Below are positions 24,623-37,700 of a stretch of 64,000 nucleotides of DNA, in pieces. Where the stretch lies: positions 59,644,001 through 59,708,000 of the forward strand of contig CM060731.1 in the NCBI GenBank assembly GCA_030704615.1, given 5' to 3'. This DNA comes from Takakia lepidozioides. Taxonomy: Eukaryota; Plantae; Bryophyta. Position 1 is the first letter of the stretch; each line of letters opens with the position of its first letter. The position numbers and the translations under genes were made by a program. The notes beneath the pieces are model-generated. The model made no database searches. It was given only the letters and a program-made list of their open reading frames with translations, and was not told where the DNA came from.

Positions 24623-26480
24623 TGTCCATGGAGAGAATGCTGGAATTGGGAGATTGTGTGCAAGTCCTGTCTTTTCCATTGACTGTCAAGGTGGAATTTT
24701 GAGTCAGGCGCCGGTGATTCCCCTCGTGGGGTTGGCGAGGCCTACTTTGGGTGAGTTGCATCCCAACACGGGTGCGTTATTGAATGTGGGTGCTTCTTCT
24801 TCGGCTCCTGCATACCAGCACGATGGGGCCATTCAGCTTTTGATGATTTGTTGGGGGACGATGATGGGTACGTGGGAGATTCTGCAGACGAGGCCGATTG
24901 GGATACTGAGAATCTTCAAATAGATAGTGATGGTGGTGATGAACCTAACCTGGATTTTCTCAACTTGTTCAAGTCTTGTACCTGGGAAAAATGAGTGGGC
25001 ATCGATTTTGTAAGCGACATAGATGCTTTTAGTGGCCCCGACCCTGGGCCTTGCCTCCCTGACATGAAGGGTTCCACTCCTATTTGGTTTTTTCACCTGT
25101 TTTGGAAGCAATCTGTACTCGAGCGGATTTGCAGAGAGTCCAACCGCTATGCATGTGAAGCGTTGGGTACAGGGACTCGTGGAGGGCCTCGTTGGAAGGA
25201 ACTGCGGGCTTGGATTGGTGTGTGTCTGTTTATGGGCATGAAGAAACTGCCCCGTACTCGTTGTTACTGGCAACACTCTGAGGTGTTCTTCTCTTGCCCT
25301 GTCATCCGCAAAGTAATGACCCGAGACAGGTGGGAGGCCATACTTAGATGCTTGCACCTTGTCGACAATTCCACTCTAGTCTCTGATCGCTCAAGTCCCA
25401 ATTTTGACAAGTTGGGAAAGTTTAGGTGGGTTTGCGATGAAGTAGTTGCTAGATGCAAATCGTTGTGGAATCTGCACCAGATGTTGACGATGGACGAGCT
25501 TATGATCCGTTACAAGGGGAAATATTGTCCGATTAGGATGTACATGCCAAAGAAGCCATGCAAGTGGGGCATAAAAGCTTGGGCGTTGGCTGATTCAGAA
25601 ACGCATTATGTGTACGATTTCTCTTTCTACTGTGGGAAGAATGCAAAGGGCCCTGAGGGTGACAGGCCAAAAAGTGGCAAAGGTGAGGGTTATGATGTTG
25701 TCACCAGGCTTGTGTGGGATTGCACGGTTTGGGGCATGTAATTGTCACTGACAATCACTTCACCTCGGTGCAGCTTCTCTATGACTTGGCCCAAGTTGGC
25801 ACTTGGGCCACTGGCACAGTCAGATTAAACAGGAGAGGTCTTCCTCCCTCTTTGATTAGGATGAAAAAGTCTAGGACTGCCAAGCAAGGCCAGTCATGGT
25901 ACAAGATGCATGCTTCTAAGCAGCTTGCTGCAATCTTGTGGTGGGACAAGAAGGGGGTATTTCTATTGTCTTCTGCAGCTAGGCCAGCATGTAGGTCTTC
26001 TTCTCCTATGTCTGTAAGACGATTCGTGGGACACCAGAGAGTGTCAGTGCCATCTGTTCCTGCACATGTGCAGTATCAAAACATTTATGCGAGGAAGATG
26101 TGCAAGACCAGCTTCGAGGTGCGTACAACTTGTAGCTACGCACAAAGAAATGGAGGCATCGTAGATTCTTCTTCCTTATGGACACAACAATGGTGAATGC
26201 ATATATTTTGCATTCAGCCCATGTCACCAAGATGGGCCGGCGGGCCATGAGCCATTTGGAGTTCAATTTGGCGTTGGCTTATGCATTGACAGCAGGGACC
26301 TGCACAGACAACATGTAAGGCACTGGCGATGGGTCTTGCACATTTGTGCATCAATGCCTTCACACAACGCAGAGGCGGTTGTGTGGTGTTTGTCATGTGC
26401 GCACTCATTACTACTACCCTGGATGTGAGGGCAAACACTTGTGCATTGGTGCGTGCTGGAATGAGGCACATCGCCATGGA
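24510..26480 (+). pseudogene. piggyBac (PGBD/DDE_Tnp_1_7) transposase with frameshifts and stops
   Basis: Acidic N-terminus; MTRDRWEAILRCLH; DKLGK; TMDELMIRYKG; YMPKKPCKWGIK; VTDNHFTS; TGTVRLNR; EDVQDQLRG..Y...KKW..R.FF..MDT.MVNAYIL; C-terminal Cys-rich RRGGCVV...HLCIGACWNEAH. Confidence 0.92.
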
Positions 26481-27389
26481 TCAAGGTGACATTTCCAGCT
26501 GCAACTGCAACTGGTGTCGTGCTCTGTTGGCGTTTCTTGTATGTGTGAGTGTTCACAGGGTGGCAGGGCTGTGATGGCAGGTTTGGTGGTCGCTGCTATG
26601 GAGTGCGTTCGTCGGGTGCTGCGTTTCGGGTGCCCGACAATTCCCCATAAATCGATGACGTAGCTCGATTTTTTGGGCCAGAATCCTCTGCCGGCTCAGG
26701 CATGAGTTCCCCGGAATTTGGATTCAAGTAGAAATAGACCCAAATGGAAATCTATGCATGTAGATTGGTTAGAATGCTTCCAAATTTTTTATGGTGGTGA
26801 GTTTCCACCCAAAGAACAATATGACCAGAGGAACTGACATTGTGATGAAAATTTGGACACATTTGAGGCAGATTTGGGGTCAATTATAATGGAGAGCATG
26901 TTTGACCCACCAATTTTCCCATACAAAGCAACCCTCATGTGGTTTTGGAATTTGGTTCTAGAATCTTGGCCCAAGGTGCTCTACATGCCAGGCAATTACA
27001 ATCTGGGTATGTTGTATCAATGAAAAATCATTTTGCCAGGCCAATTGCTTGGTCAAACCATTTTTTCACTCCAAAACTAGAGCACAATAAATATTTACAG
27101 CTTATATTTTTGTTATAATCTTCTTAATGACACGGTGAAATCACTTGAATTTTTTACAGTAGGTTCCTGAAGTAGGTAGGATTACTTTCATACAGTTCAT
27201 CCCCCTAGATGTTTGCCAAATGTCAGATATGCCCTCAAACATGAGGACATGTTCAGTTTTGGCATGGGCCCACCAAAAATGGGCTCGTCCATTAGGGGTT
27301 AAAAGGGGATGGCTATTGTTAAAATTATATGGAATTATACAAAAATAAAAGCAAGGAAATCATAGGGTCAAATTTTATTAAAAAAGAAA

Positions 27390-27408
27390 ATAGGGGCGAA
27401 AGACTAAG

Positions 27409-27447
<39 letters not shown>

Positions 27448-27654
27448 GGGATAGCTGGAGCTCGTGAAGTTTTATCAGGTAAAGCGAATGATTAGAGGCA
27501 TGGGGGTATAACACCCTGGACCTATTCTCAAACTTTAAATAGGTAAGCCGCCAGGGTTGCTTGGTTGAACCCTGGCACAGAATGAGAGCTCCAAGTGGGC
27601 CATTTTTGGTAACTAGAACTGGCGATGCGGGATGAACCGAAAGCCGGGTTACGG
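27390..27654 (+). rRNA. Isolated 25S/28S LSU rRNA gene fragment (pseudogene)
   Basis: Conserved eukaryotic LSU sequence ATAGGGGCGAAAGACTAA.CGAACCATCTAGTAGCTGGTTCCCTCCGAAGTTTCCCTC.GGATAGCTGG...GACCTATTCTCAAACTTTAAATAGGTAAG...AGTGGGCCATTTTTGGTAA..AGAACTGGCGATGCGGGATGAACCG, with non-rDNA AT-rich flanks. Confidence 0.95.
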
Positions 27655-27840
27655 AATCAACAGATTACAATGGGTTCAAGCCTCTTTATTAATAAAAAAT
27701 AAAAATAAAAACAAAAAACCACTGCGCGGGGTAAATCGTGCGTTGATAAAGCCCCTCGAACGAGAGCTGCAAAAGGATTACACCGCTACTCTGACAGATG
27801 AAAACTAAACTCCTGTGTCTGCACGGATTTACGTACACAA

Positions 27841-27849
27841 AAACCCTAA
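27841..27849 (+). promoter_or_regulatory. Telo-box (AAACCCTAA) upstream of the ALADIN gene
   Basis: Exact motif ~470 bp upstream of the ATG; telo-boxes are common in plant housekeeping promoters. Confidence 0.35.
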
Positions 27850-28307
27850 CGCTCGGTTTTGCTTCAGATTGAAGGAAATAGGATATGTAGCCACATTCAG
27901 CCAAAGTTTCTTCATTCCGGAAGGCTTGAGTCTTGATAGCCACGAGCATCTTTACGTGGATCAATTAGGGGTTTGTTTTAGAGTTTTGGTTTTGTTTGCT
28001 TGCTAGGAGAAAAGTGTACCCGCCCTTTTTTTCAAATAGACGGTCCAGGTACAGGGGTATTTTAGGTTTCCATATCAGTTTTGGAATTGTCAGCGTGCTT
28101 CTTCGGATTCATCCGCAGTCTGCTCCCTGCAGATTCCTCCCTCTCAATCGTCTCTGGATTTGCTTGATGTACAACTGCTTCTCGATCTGTTCTCCTTACT
28201 CGTCACGAATAATCTTAGCTGAAAGTGATTCTGCCCTCCTTGGCATGCAGTTGATTAGTGTTGGTCCTTTGCAGTCTGCGTGTTTCTAGCGCTGAGATCG
28301 AGTTTCA

Positions 28308-31300
28308 ATGCCAGGCGTCCCGACAGTTCGCGAGTACACAGTGTGTGAAATTCATCGTGATTTCTGTATGTTTCCTTATCCTTCGCTCCGCTTGAGCGGA
28401 AAGCTTGTGTGCTACTGCTTTCCTGTCGAGTATATTACGTTGCGATGCTTTCGTTTAACTATGTATCTTTCTCTGGGCGAGCACCTCGAGATTTATCCTT
28501 GTATTCGCTTTGTAAGCTCGACGTTGTATCCCATTTGTTCTATGCACTTGTGATAAGCTCAACTTGATTGGCAGTATTTGGAGGATAAATCGATCCTAGA
28601 TCCCCGCCTGGATGGTGTCGAGATCTCTAACTAAGAATGGGTAACTTGCAGTACAACTTATTCTCGGGGTCTATTTTTCTTGTGCAGTTACAGCAGTAGA
28701 CGATGCAGACACTAATGCTCAAGATGCGTACAGCAAGATCCTGGTGCGTGCAATCTCTCCCAGCTACTTCCTTTAGACCCCAGAATTTCTGGTGCAATTG
28801 ATTGCTGTAGTGGGTTCATGGAAGGTCGGGAGAAGGGTGGCGAAACCATGACATCACTTCTTCCCTCTGACACACAAGCATTGGTCAATGTCAAATTGAA
28901 CGCATTTATGCTTGTACATCAGAACAATTTCCTATGTCGACAAGTGGATGCCCAAAGGTGCTTTCCCACGCCCACCTCACCCTCATGCAGAAGTGCTATT
29001 TCTTTTTTCTTTCCTGCTCCTTACTGGTTTCTTTATCCTTCTCTATTTTTACACACACATCAAGTTGATGCTTGTGTGAAGGGCCTTCTAGAGGATTGAA
29101 AACCTGATGTAAGTCACACTACCAGAGTGAGTCCCTCACAAAGGTAGTATCTGTTCCCTTTTGTTCCACTCAAACTGGGCACTGGGTTTATGGGCAGAAG
29201 TCTACATCAACAATGTCTTGGGAGTACATTCTTTTTTTACAGTTAGCCTTGGCCCTGTTACGGTCTAATTGCTGGGCAGATTACACATGACGTTGATGCT
29301 TGTGAAGGGTTTTCTAGAGGACATCTGGAAAGCCTGAACTAATTGTCTACATCAGTGTCAGTTGCACTTCCGGAGTGAGCCCCTCACAAAGGTAGTTTCT
29401 GTTCCGTTTGGTTCTGCCCAAGCTGGACATGGGGTCTATGAACCAACGTCTTATGTGTACGTTCGCGTACGTTCTATTCTTAAAGTAGTCTCTGATGCTG
29501 CTTTATACACTCTGCAGGGTCGTGTCTATCCCTCCCTCCTTTTTGAACCTCGCCAAAGAGATTTAAGCTTCCACAAAAATGCCAATGGTCACCACATGGT
29601 TGAAGATCCCAGCACTAGTGAGAGCAAAGTTTCTTGGGAAGTTCCTCAGGGTGGCTTTTTGAGAAATCAAGTCATTGCAGCGAAAAACATGTTCTCTTTT
29701 GCTTTTGGGAGTGTATCTTCCCATGAGGTATGCACTCGCAATTTTATCCCCAATTGTACAGCATTCTTGCAGTTGTGTGCGAGTGTAATGAGTATGATGG
29801 ATTTGAACTTGATCATTCCGTCTTGGTGTGCATTCATAAACTCTGCGAGAAAGAAAACTCTTTAGTCCAAAGAAAGAGGTTTATTGGGGCATTGGGAAAA
29901 AAAAACCAAAGAACCTCTCAAGCAAAGGCAAGATGCCTCGGAAGAGCAGCATAAAAGGAGATTTTTCTTCATGATGATCTCTGACACTTGCAGACAGCTA
30001 TGAAGACTGATTGGTTTCAAGCAATGAGCTGGCACAAGCACAAGCATTGGCTCGCCTTAATTGCGGGACCGGATCAAGTTATGGTTCATGACTTTGAAGA
30101 CTCCGGTATTCCCCCAAATATTTCTCTATGAGTGAGAATTCTTTGTAGAGCGGTGTAGAAGAAGTTCAGATCTGATGGCTAGGTCTATTCTGTGTCCTAT
30201 GTGTGCATCCTTCCTTTAGACCTTAGCATCAGAACGGCCTCTTTATGTGAGACTTTGACTCCATAACCCTGTGCTAGTTTTTCCTACCACCATTCAACGG
30301 CTCAGATGAAGTTAAGCAAATGAGGTCTGGTATTGTCATGTTGTCTTTTCCGTGCAATTGCTCCTTCACCGACAAATGCTCACATGAATGATCTCTTGGC
30401 AGAATCAAGAGATTCAGCTGTTCTCACTAGTGACTCCCAAAGAGGTGTGGAAGCCCTTGAATGGCGGCCAAATGGTGGATCCACGCTGTCTGTTGCCTGC
30501 AGGTGTGGAACATTTCAGACCCTGGGAGTTATTTGGAATACCACAGTTTGTAATATTAAAGGGTCTTGTTGCCATGTAGACCTTGCTTGTGGACTGTAGG
30601 TGTTGCTTTCAAGATCAAAGTTCAATGTGTTGCACTTCAGATCAGCTGGCCTCCTCCTCTTGAGGCAGGAGGAGAGGGTGAGCGAGATATCAAAAGTTCT
30701 CTCAAAATCAGTGACTGTCTATGTACAGAGGAGGAATTGCAATCTGGAGTGCAAGCTACCCAGGGAATATAGCTCCCGTAAGGTCCGGCATTGTGTCTAT
30801 TTTGGGCACACCAAATCGAGTAACAGGTGCTCGGTGGGCTCTGGTGGACTTCTTGAGGAGTCCCAGTGATGTGCCTGTCACTGCCTTGTCCTGGAACCCC
30901 TCTGGCAGATATCCTCCCTGTGGTCTCTTGACAGTGCTATATTCTACCTTTGGGATCTTGTCCTTACACACAGACCCACTCACACCAATTTACGCACACT
31001 CAAGGTGCTTCATCTCTGGAGGGGGAATTTAGCTCCTTCCATTCTGTGGACATTATGAAGTTTTTGTTTCTTTCTTGTTTCTTTCTTTTCTTCCTCTTTC
31101 TTTGGGGACCCCACTAGATTTTTTGTGACGCAACACATGGATAGTGATAAGAAGGGCCAATTTGGAGTGATCAGCTGTTGTGGACACTGATTAGATTGAA
31201 GTGAGCAGAGGTTGAGATGAGGAGTGGAAGGTATTTGAGATCCTTGACAAGTGGCACTTTATTAGCATCAGCCTCAAGAGAAGATTCAGTCTTCACTATT

Positions 31301-33693
31301 TGGGATGTGGCTCAAGGTATGACTCTTTTCTGGGATCCTTTTGACTTCATTTTCCGCATTTCACTTGGATTATTCCAGTGATTTTGTTTCCAATTCTTGC
31401 TCTTCTGGGCTTTGAATGCCACAGTTGTGTGTATCAGGCACAGTGACACCTCTCAGGCGAGGGCTAGGCGGTAATTCCTTTTTGAGGTGGTCCCCAACGG
31501 GTGATTATTTTGTCTCCGCCAAACTGTAAGATTAACTTCATCTCCTCTTACTCGTTTGCTGGGCTGGCTATATAGACACTTGACGAATGAAAGCCTCAGA
31601 AATAAATGGTGTAAAATTCTGTGGACAGTTACCAATGGGTTTCCCTCCGTGAAGTCCATCATATTCAAGGGAGGGAAAGTGATGAAGAAAAACCAGCACC
31701 TCACTCCACACTTGGTCTTGTAGCAGAAAGAGACTAGTTGGGTTACCTGCATGTTTTGACATTGGTGGGCAACGAGAGGTGATTTTGGCACCTTTGTACA
31801 ATGTAGAAATGGAACATTTCATCTCTGGGAGACAAGCACGTGGACATCGGTGCCCTGGTCTTCGGCTGGTGGCTCCATTGTGGTACTGCTTCCAGCCCAT
31901 GCTTGCTGCATTTGATCTTTTGTAACCAGTCTTCATTGTGCTGAGTAGTGGTTTGCGTTCAATGTTTTGCCCCTTGGTTCTCATGTTTCTCAGATAGTCT
32001 CATTATGTGTGGATGGCAGAGTGCAATGTGGAACCCAGATGGACAGGTTCTGTTGGCAGCATTTGATCGCACCACCTCCTTGGCTGCTCTTCACTTTGCT
32101 GGCAAACCCCCATCTCTCGGTGAGGCAATGCCTGTTGTAGCCATTTTGTTCAGTATTTGTTGCGGTCTGATTGAATATTACATTGAGGATGTATGCTAGC
32201 TGCCTGACAGGATTGGTTGCAGGTGCAAACATATGCCCCCTTGTCACTGAAAGCTGCTCAAAGCTTCTTTGGCGTGTCAGGAGTGTTCTTATTATGTTTT
32301 GAGGGATGGTGGACAATCCAGCCCAAGATATTCAATGTAGCTCCCTTCTTTGTGAGAGCCAACACCGCTTGTTTCTGCTGTACTGTAGGGGTAAAGCAAA
32401 ACTACTGTGCTGAAGGCTTCACCAAGGGTATGCCTTAGTAAGGGGGTGTCCTAACTTTGAGAATTGATCATGACCTTTATTTGTCTTGGATATGTTGTCT
32501 CCTAACAGTCCTGATTTATGACATGGGAAACTTGTGCTATGTGTGGGACAGATGCACATCTGCTGCCTTTGGACTTGCCTGATATCCAGGCCATCACTGG
32601 CGGGTCTGCTGTCCCTATCTCCATCCCTCTTTCTTTCTATGCAAAGTACCATTTCATTTCATTTCATTTCTTTCTATGCATGTCGTAGTTGGGTGTGTGA
32701 TTAGTGACATCTGGGGTGATGGCCGAGTTGGGACAATGTGGATGGTGCAGGGAAGGAGGACTAGAGAAGATGGCTTGGGATGGTTCTGGAGAGAGACTGG
32801 CAGTGACATATGGTGGTGCGCTGGATCCCACATACACAGGACTCGTGGCCATCTATGATACTCGCCAGACACCCATTGTTTCTACCTCGTTGATGTGAGC
32901 CCATATTATTTCAAGTCTCCTATTTAGAAGGCACTTTGAATTTGTTCAACCCTCTCTTCGGTTTGAAATCATGCAAGCAAGTTCTGTTCCAACTCCATTT
33001 TCCACCATGGTTTCGTGATAATGACTGTTACGGATTTCAACCAGATTATCACATCAAAATTGGGGGCTAAGCACCAGGTAGGCGTTTTAGAAAATGCCAG
33101 GTTGCATTCGTGTTGTCCATGACACCTAGTGGAGTGACAATGAACTTGAGCGTGCTGTAGACATTGCACTGAAGGTCACTACCCTGTTTGTGGATGTGAA
33201 ATCAGAGGTTTTGTGCGAGGGCCAGGGGTTGGTGCCAAGCCTCTGGCATTGGTATTTCATGACAAAGTCAAGTCGGGTGCTCTTCTTGCTGTGGTAAGAT
33301 ATTTCCTGCAAAACTGTCCTCTCATGTTTGCCTTGTTCCTAAATAACTGGTCCCCTTGCTTGCTGCCTGGAAAAGTGGATTTTCTATTTGAGGTTGGGAG
33401 CAGAGTGTGCAACTGTAGGGTCAAGCATGGCTATATTGCATAGGCTGTTTATCTCTCCACGAACCTATCTGGTGACATGACTTTTCTATGAGAAGTCCTG
33501 GGAGTTCTTGTGACTATACAAGATCTGGGTGTCAGTGTGTAAATAGCATACATCCTCTTGGTGTCTTGTGCTGCAATCTGTGTTGCTAGTACTACTCCTG
33601 GTGCAAGTTGGAAAGTGTGAAAGATATTCTACTGTGCAGTGCTGGAGCACTGGTGTGTGCTGCACATATCCTCTGCTTTTTCGTGGGCATTAA
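28308..33693 (+). CDS. AAAS: ALADIN WD40 nucleoporin, about 14-15 exons
   Basis: Starts MPGVPTVREYTVCEIHRDF. Spliced exons give MSWHKHKHWLA, LEWRPNGGSTLSVACRGGIAIW, ALSWNPSGSLLASAS..FTIWDVAQG..PLRRGLGG...WSPTGDYF, FHLWETSTWTS.PW, AHLLPLDLP, MAWDGSGERLAV, GFVRGPG and CWSTGVCCTYPLLFRGH*, with TAA at 33691-33693. Confidence 0.93.
29050..29480 (+). mobile_element. Two tandem short LINE 3'-end insertions in AAAS intron 2
   Basis: GTTGATGCTTGTG(TG)AAGGG..TTCTAGAGGA...GAGTGAG.CCCTCACAAAGGTAGT.TCTGTTCC...AAC.TCTT..G.GTAC occurs twice, homologous to 17070-17265. Confidence 0.8.
30909..31257 (+). other. U12-type AT-AC intron in AAAS
   Basis: 5' splice site ATATCCT at 30909, branch site TCCTTGAC at 31241-31248, and 3' AC at 31256-31257. 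Removing it joins WNPSG-S-LLASAS in frame. Confidence 0.88.
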
Positions 33694-34700
33694 CGACTGC
33701 TCATGTGATTGGAGATAAGGGAGGTTTGGTCAATACTTTTCTGCAAGTTGGTGCACTAGAATCTCTTGGATCTATCACCTGCTTGATGTTCTGGAAATGC
33801 TCCGATCTTAAATTTTTGTAGCTTCTGCTTTAGTGTAATGTTGACCTGTGGCTCGTTTGTGGAGATTTGCTGATGGCCTCTACTTAGCGCATGGTTGGTT
33901 TGACAGATGTTGCTATATTGGATAGATGACACACTAGAGCAAGCTTTGCCTCCAAGCTCCAAGAGCTTCCACACAGTTACAAGAGTTGAATAGTTCATAC
34001 ACTTTTAGATTTCTCGGAGCGTGCATGTGCATAACAATAATAACAATAATATATACCGCATGTCACCTGACACCTTTTGTTTCAAACAAATTCTTTCACT
34101 GACATCTGGCACTGTCCTAGTGTTCACACTTGGGGCCTCTTTTCAGAGTTTTCCAATCAGTCATCCTAGAAGCCTATGTTCCATGCATATTGATTGCCCC
34201 AACTGTCCCTCAAGAGAAGGAAATTTGGAAGACCCTTTGTTGGGATAATGTCAAAGAGGACATGCTTGCTCTTCATGTGTCTTTGATATTCCCAAATGGA
34301 GTCAACCTTTGGTTTGCATGGGCATGAGGCATTGGCCCTCCCCTGGCTACACATTGAAAGCCAGATTTTGCTGGTTACTGAGAGAGCAACAAATAAGTAA
34401 GGAAGACCTCAGGGAAAACTATGTGACCATAGCATTGTGGATGAGCTTTGCATTTTCCTGTCAAGTGGAGTTAAACTCTCTCCAACAATTCCCTGTGGTA
34501 AACAAAATCATCAGACAAGGTCTGTATCCTTCAGAAGAGGAAAAGTGGGAGTTTATCATATGGATTTGTCCCAGTCCATATGTATATATGTCTGGGTGGA
34601 AGCAAAATCCCACTGATGAATCCGTGTTGATACCATTTGAATCTGAAGCATCTCATTGTCTCTCGACCTGCACTCACTGTCTCGTCTTCTCACCTCTAGT

Positions 34701-37700
34701 CTACTCGTCCAGAGGTGGCATGCGATCAGACAGTGACAGTACGAAATTCCCTTGTGATCGAAAGTACATAGCACGTGAATAGCCTACACACTCGTTAGAG
34801 TCTTCGGAGCTGTCATCGAGCATGTTCTCGTAACTCAGCGGGGCGTAGTTTCTAGCAAGATCGATGCCCTCCTCAAATGTCCTCCTCGTTAAGAGCACGC
34901 TGGTTGTAGGTCGATGTAGTGTGCGTGGCATGCGATAGAGGGTACCCAGGCCCCTGGGAAGTCCGGGAGGAACTCGGAGACCAGTGCTGAAGGGATTCGT
35001 CTTGAGTCTAGGAGGGTTCTGTAAGTGAGGGAAGTTGGCAGTAGGAGCTGGTTCAGGTAAGGGATGGACAGTCAACTCTGACATGATTGGCTCTGCCACT
35101 CCAAGAGTGTCAAACGTGGGCTCACTATCTTTCGGAAGCCTGGTGTCAGTTTCACTCATGGGAGACGCCAGGAATTGTGATAAGGTCTTGTTCTTAGGAG
35201 GACTTGTCTTGTCCAGTATCCGAAGCACCTGTCAGACATCGCCACAGGTGAGACCCAAAAGCACCAGACCATCAAGACTCTATTGGGTATCTTGCCAATT
35301 TCTAGAGTGCCTGCATCAGTGTATCATGCTCCCAATGAAGTTAAGCTATATTGGTTAAGTATATATGCACTGATCGAAGGTCGCTGTTCCTTCCCTGCGC
35401 CCTCTTCCTGCGCCCTATTGAGCTGACCTCCGATCATCAAAGCCACTCCACTTCCACAACCAACCAAGCATTTTGATCAAACGTACGACTCAAACTCGAG
35501 ATTATATCATCATTTGTATATGACTGACGAGTACCGAGTGTATGCAATTTTCTTTTATAGATTAGTGAACTTTACCTTGCTCATGGCCGGCCGCATGTTC
35601 GGGTCTTTGTGGACGCATCGGCTGGCAGCATCTATCATGTGGTGCATTCTCCAATTGTTGCGCCCTGTTATCCCCAAACGTTGGTCGACCAGATCACTCA
35701 CGGATTTCTCTTCCAGCAACGGTCGAGCCTATAAACGATCACAGGAGCACCAAACAGTGAAAACCTCCACTCGTACGTATGATTGAGCAGCGGTGAGTTT
35801 AACAGCAACCGAGATTGAGACAATACAAGTATCATGCTGTCTTCTGGCATTAAGTTTCACGTCTACTTCATCTATCATGCAATTGCTTGTTTGAACGTCA
35901 TCACAGTAACTCGTCTTTCGTTTTTAGCTTGGCATACTGGTTATGGAATCATCAGATTCAACTGTCATGACTTAATTGTTTGTTCAATCATGTAAAAGCG
36001 CATCTCAAAGCCTCTGGACATTTGCATGGATGGCTGCATACTTCCGGAAGAAAAATACATAACATACCCATTCTGCAAGACATTGTTGGTCATAAGGACG
36101 TGACCGATCAATACATTTGAGCCCAGTGATGAGCTCCAGCAGCACCACACCGAACGCATAAACATCTATTTTCTCCGTGAGTTCCCCTGTCTCTACATAC
36201 TCAGGCGCTAAGTACCTGCACCCCAGAAAACAGGTGTAGATTGTTCAGGACTCCTTGATGACCTCAACGAATGCATGACACTCAGTTTACCCTTAGACCT
36301 ACCAACCCTTCATTTCCTAACTGCAAGTTTAATGCTCTAGCGATAAGGCCATATGCTTACCCTATTGTGCCAGCAATTGGGCCATCTGATTGAGCAGTGC
36401 TGCCTTGCCAGCTTGCGTGTTTGAAGCCTGCAATCTGACAACCAGTGTATCATGCCAAATCTGATCAGAAAACAATTCTGAAATGTTGACCACTGCCCTA
36501 AAGGCTCTCGACATCTAAACAAGTCCTTGACGTTGGACTCTAAACTCCAAAAGGTAGTACACGATTGAAGCTACACTATCCAGAGTGACTGCAGAGTCCA
36601 CTCGTAGACATACTAATCGACTCCTGAGATAAGAGGAAGAACTTAGCACGATTAAAATGAGATGATACTTTATAACGAGCTTATGGGACAACAAGAAAGA
36701 GAAATGAAATGGTACTTTATAACGTCCGCGGGAGCTCAAAGAGCTCATTACGGGACAAGAGGAAGAAAGAAACAACAACTAAAGCGGAAGGACAGTCTAA
36801 AAGTCAATGCCTCATTTCTGGTAAGCTGCCAAGCAATTTCGGATCCTCGTAATGGAAACCACCTCACGTGAGAGATTGGAAATCCCAGAGTTGAATTTCC
36901 CACGGATCTCAACAGGAAATGTTCTTCACTTCCAATGCTCAGAGCATTTTCGATCCTGGTAATGGAACACCTCTGTTTGAGAGATGGGAGAACTTCAGAA
37001 AAAAGTTTATTACGTCCGCGGAGGCCCAATGCAATAGACAGGAGGTGCGCTGATGCTGTGCGTTTCAATCCACTTGCGATAGCCAATGTGATCGCACTGG
37101 AGTTGGAGGTCAGAAGGGCACATACCTTCGGTTCAAAATCATGTGTCAGAAGAATCTCAGTGCTGCGAATATCCCGATGCACGATTGGGCCGTTGTCAGA
37201 GCAGTCCTCATGCAAGTAGCACAAAGCTTTGGCAACACGCTGTGCAATCTTGACTCGGATATCCCACCCGAGCGTATCTCGATTCTTATCTGCCATTTGC
37301 GATGCACAGCGAGTTTGTGAGATCCTGAGCAAATTGGAGCGATGGGCTCCAGAAAGTTATGATAGAGCAACTTAGAACTTGATAATTCATAGGCTATCTT
37401 TAAGCACTGCTAATTGGCCAGGGGTCAGGTCCGTTCTGATGGATTTTACTCGGATTTTATTACTATTATGGCTGAGCCAAATCAAAGCAATTCGAGATGT
37501 AAAACTGGGCGTCATGCTAGATCCATCAACCGACCACGGATCTGTGAAGCTGGGGTTCTTCTGAGTAATTTCCAATCCTGGTGGTCAGGTGGGTTGACAG
37601 CTCTATGGGAGTGTCAGCCGGAACCCACCACGATTCATCTGACCATGGCACTGCAAAGACGATCCTTGCAACGGGCCGCATCTCCACGGATGTAGGGGCC

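Larger units (their letters stand above)
23312..27298 (+). mobile_element. piggyBac-superfamily DNA transposon, full length (3987 bp), coding region decayed
   Basis: Perfect 15-bp TIRs CCCCTAATGGACGAG (23312-23326) and CTCGTCCATTAGGGG (27284-27298), each flanked by TTAA (23308-23311 and 27299-27302). A DDD transposase lies inside. Confidence 0.95.

Noticed and set aside
27390-27654. Functional rDNA unit or Pokey-type rDNA insertion site
   Set aside because: Only 265 bp of LSU sequence with non-rDNA flanks, and the piggyBac TTAA lies about 90 bp outside it.
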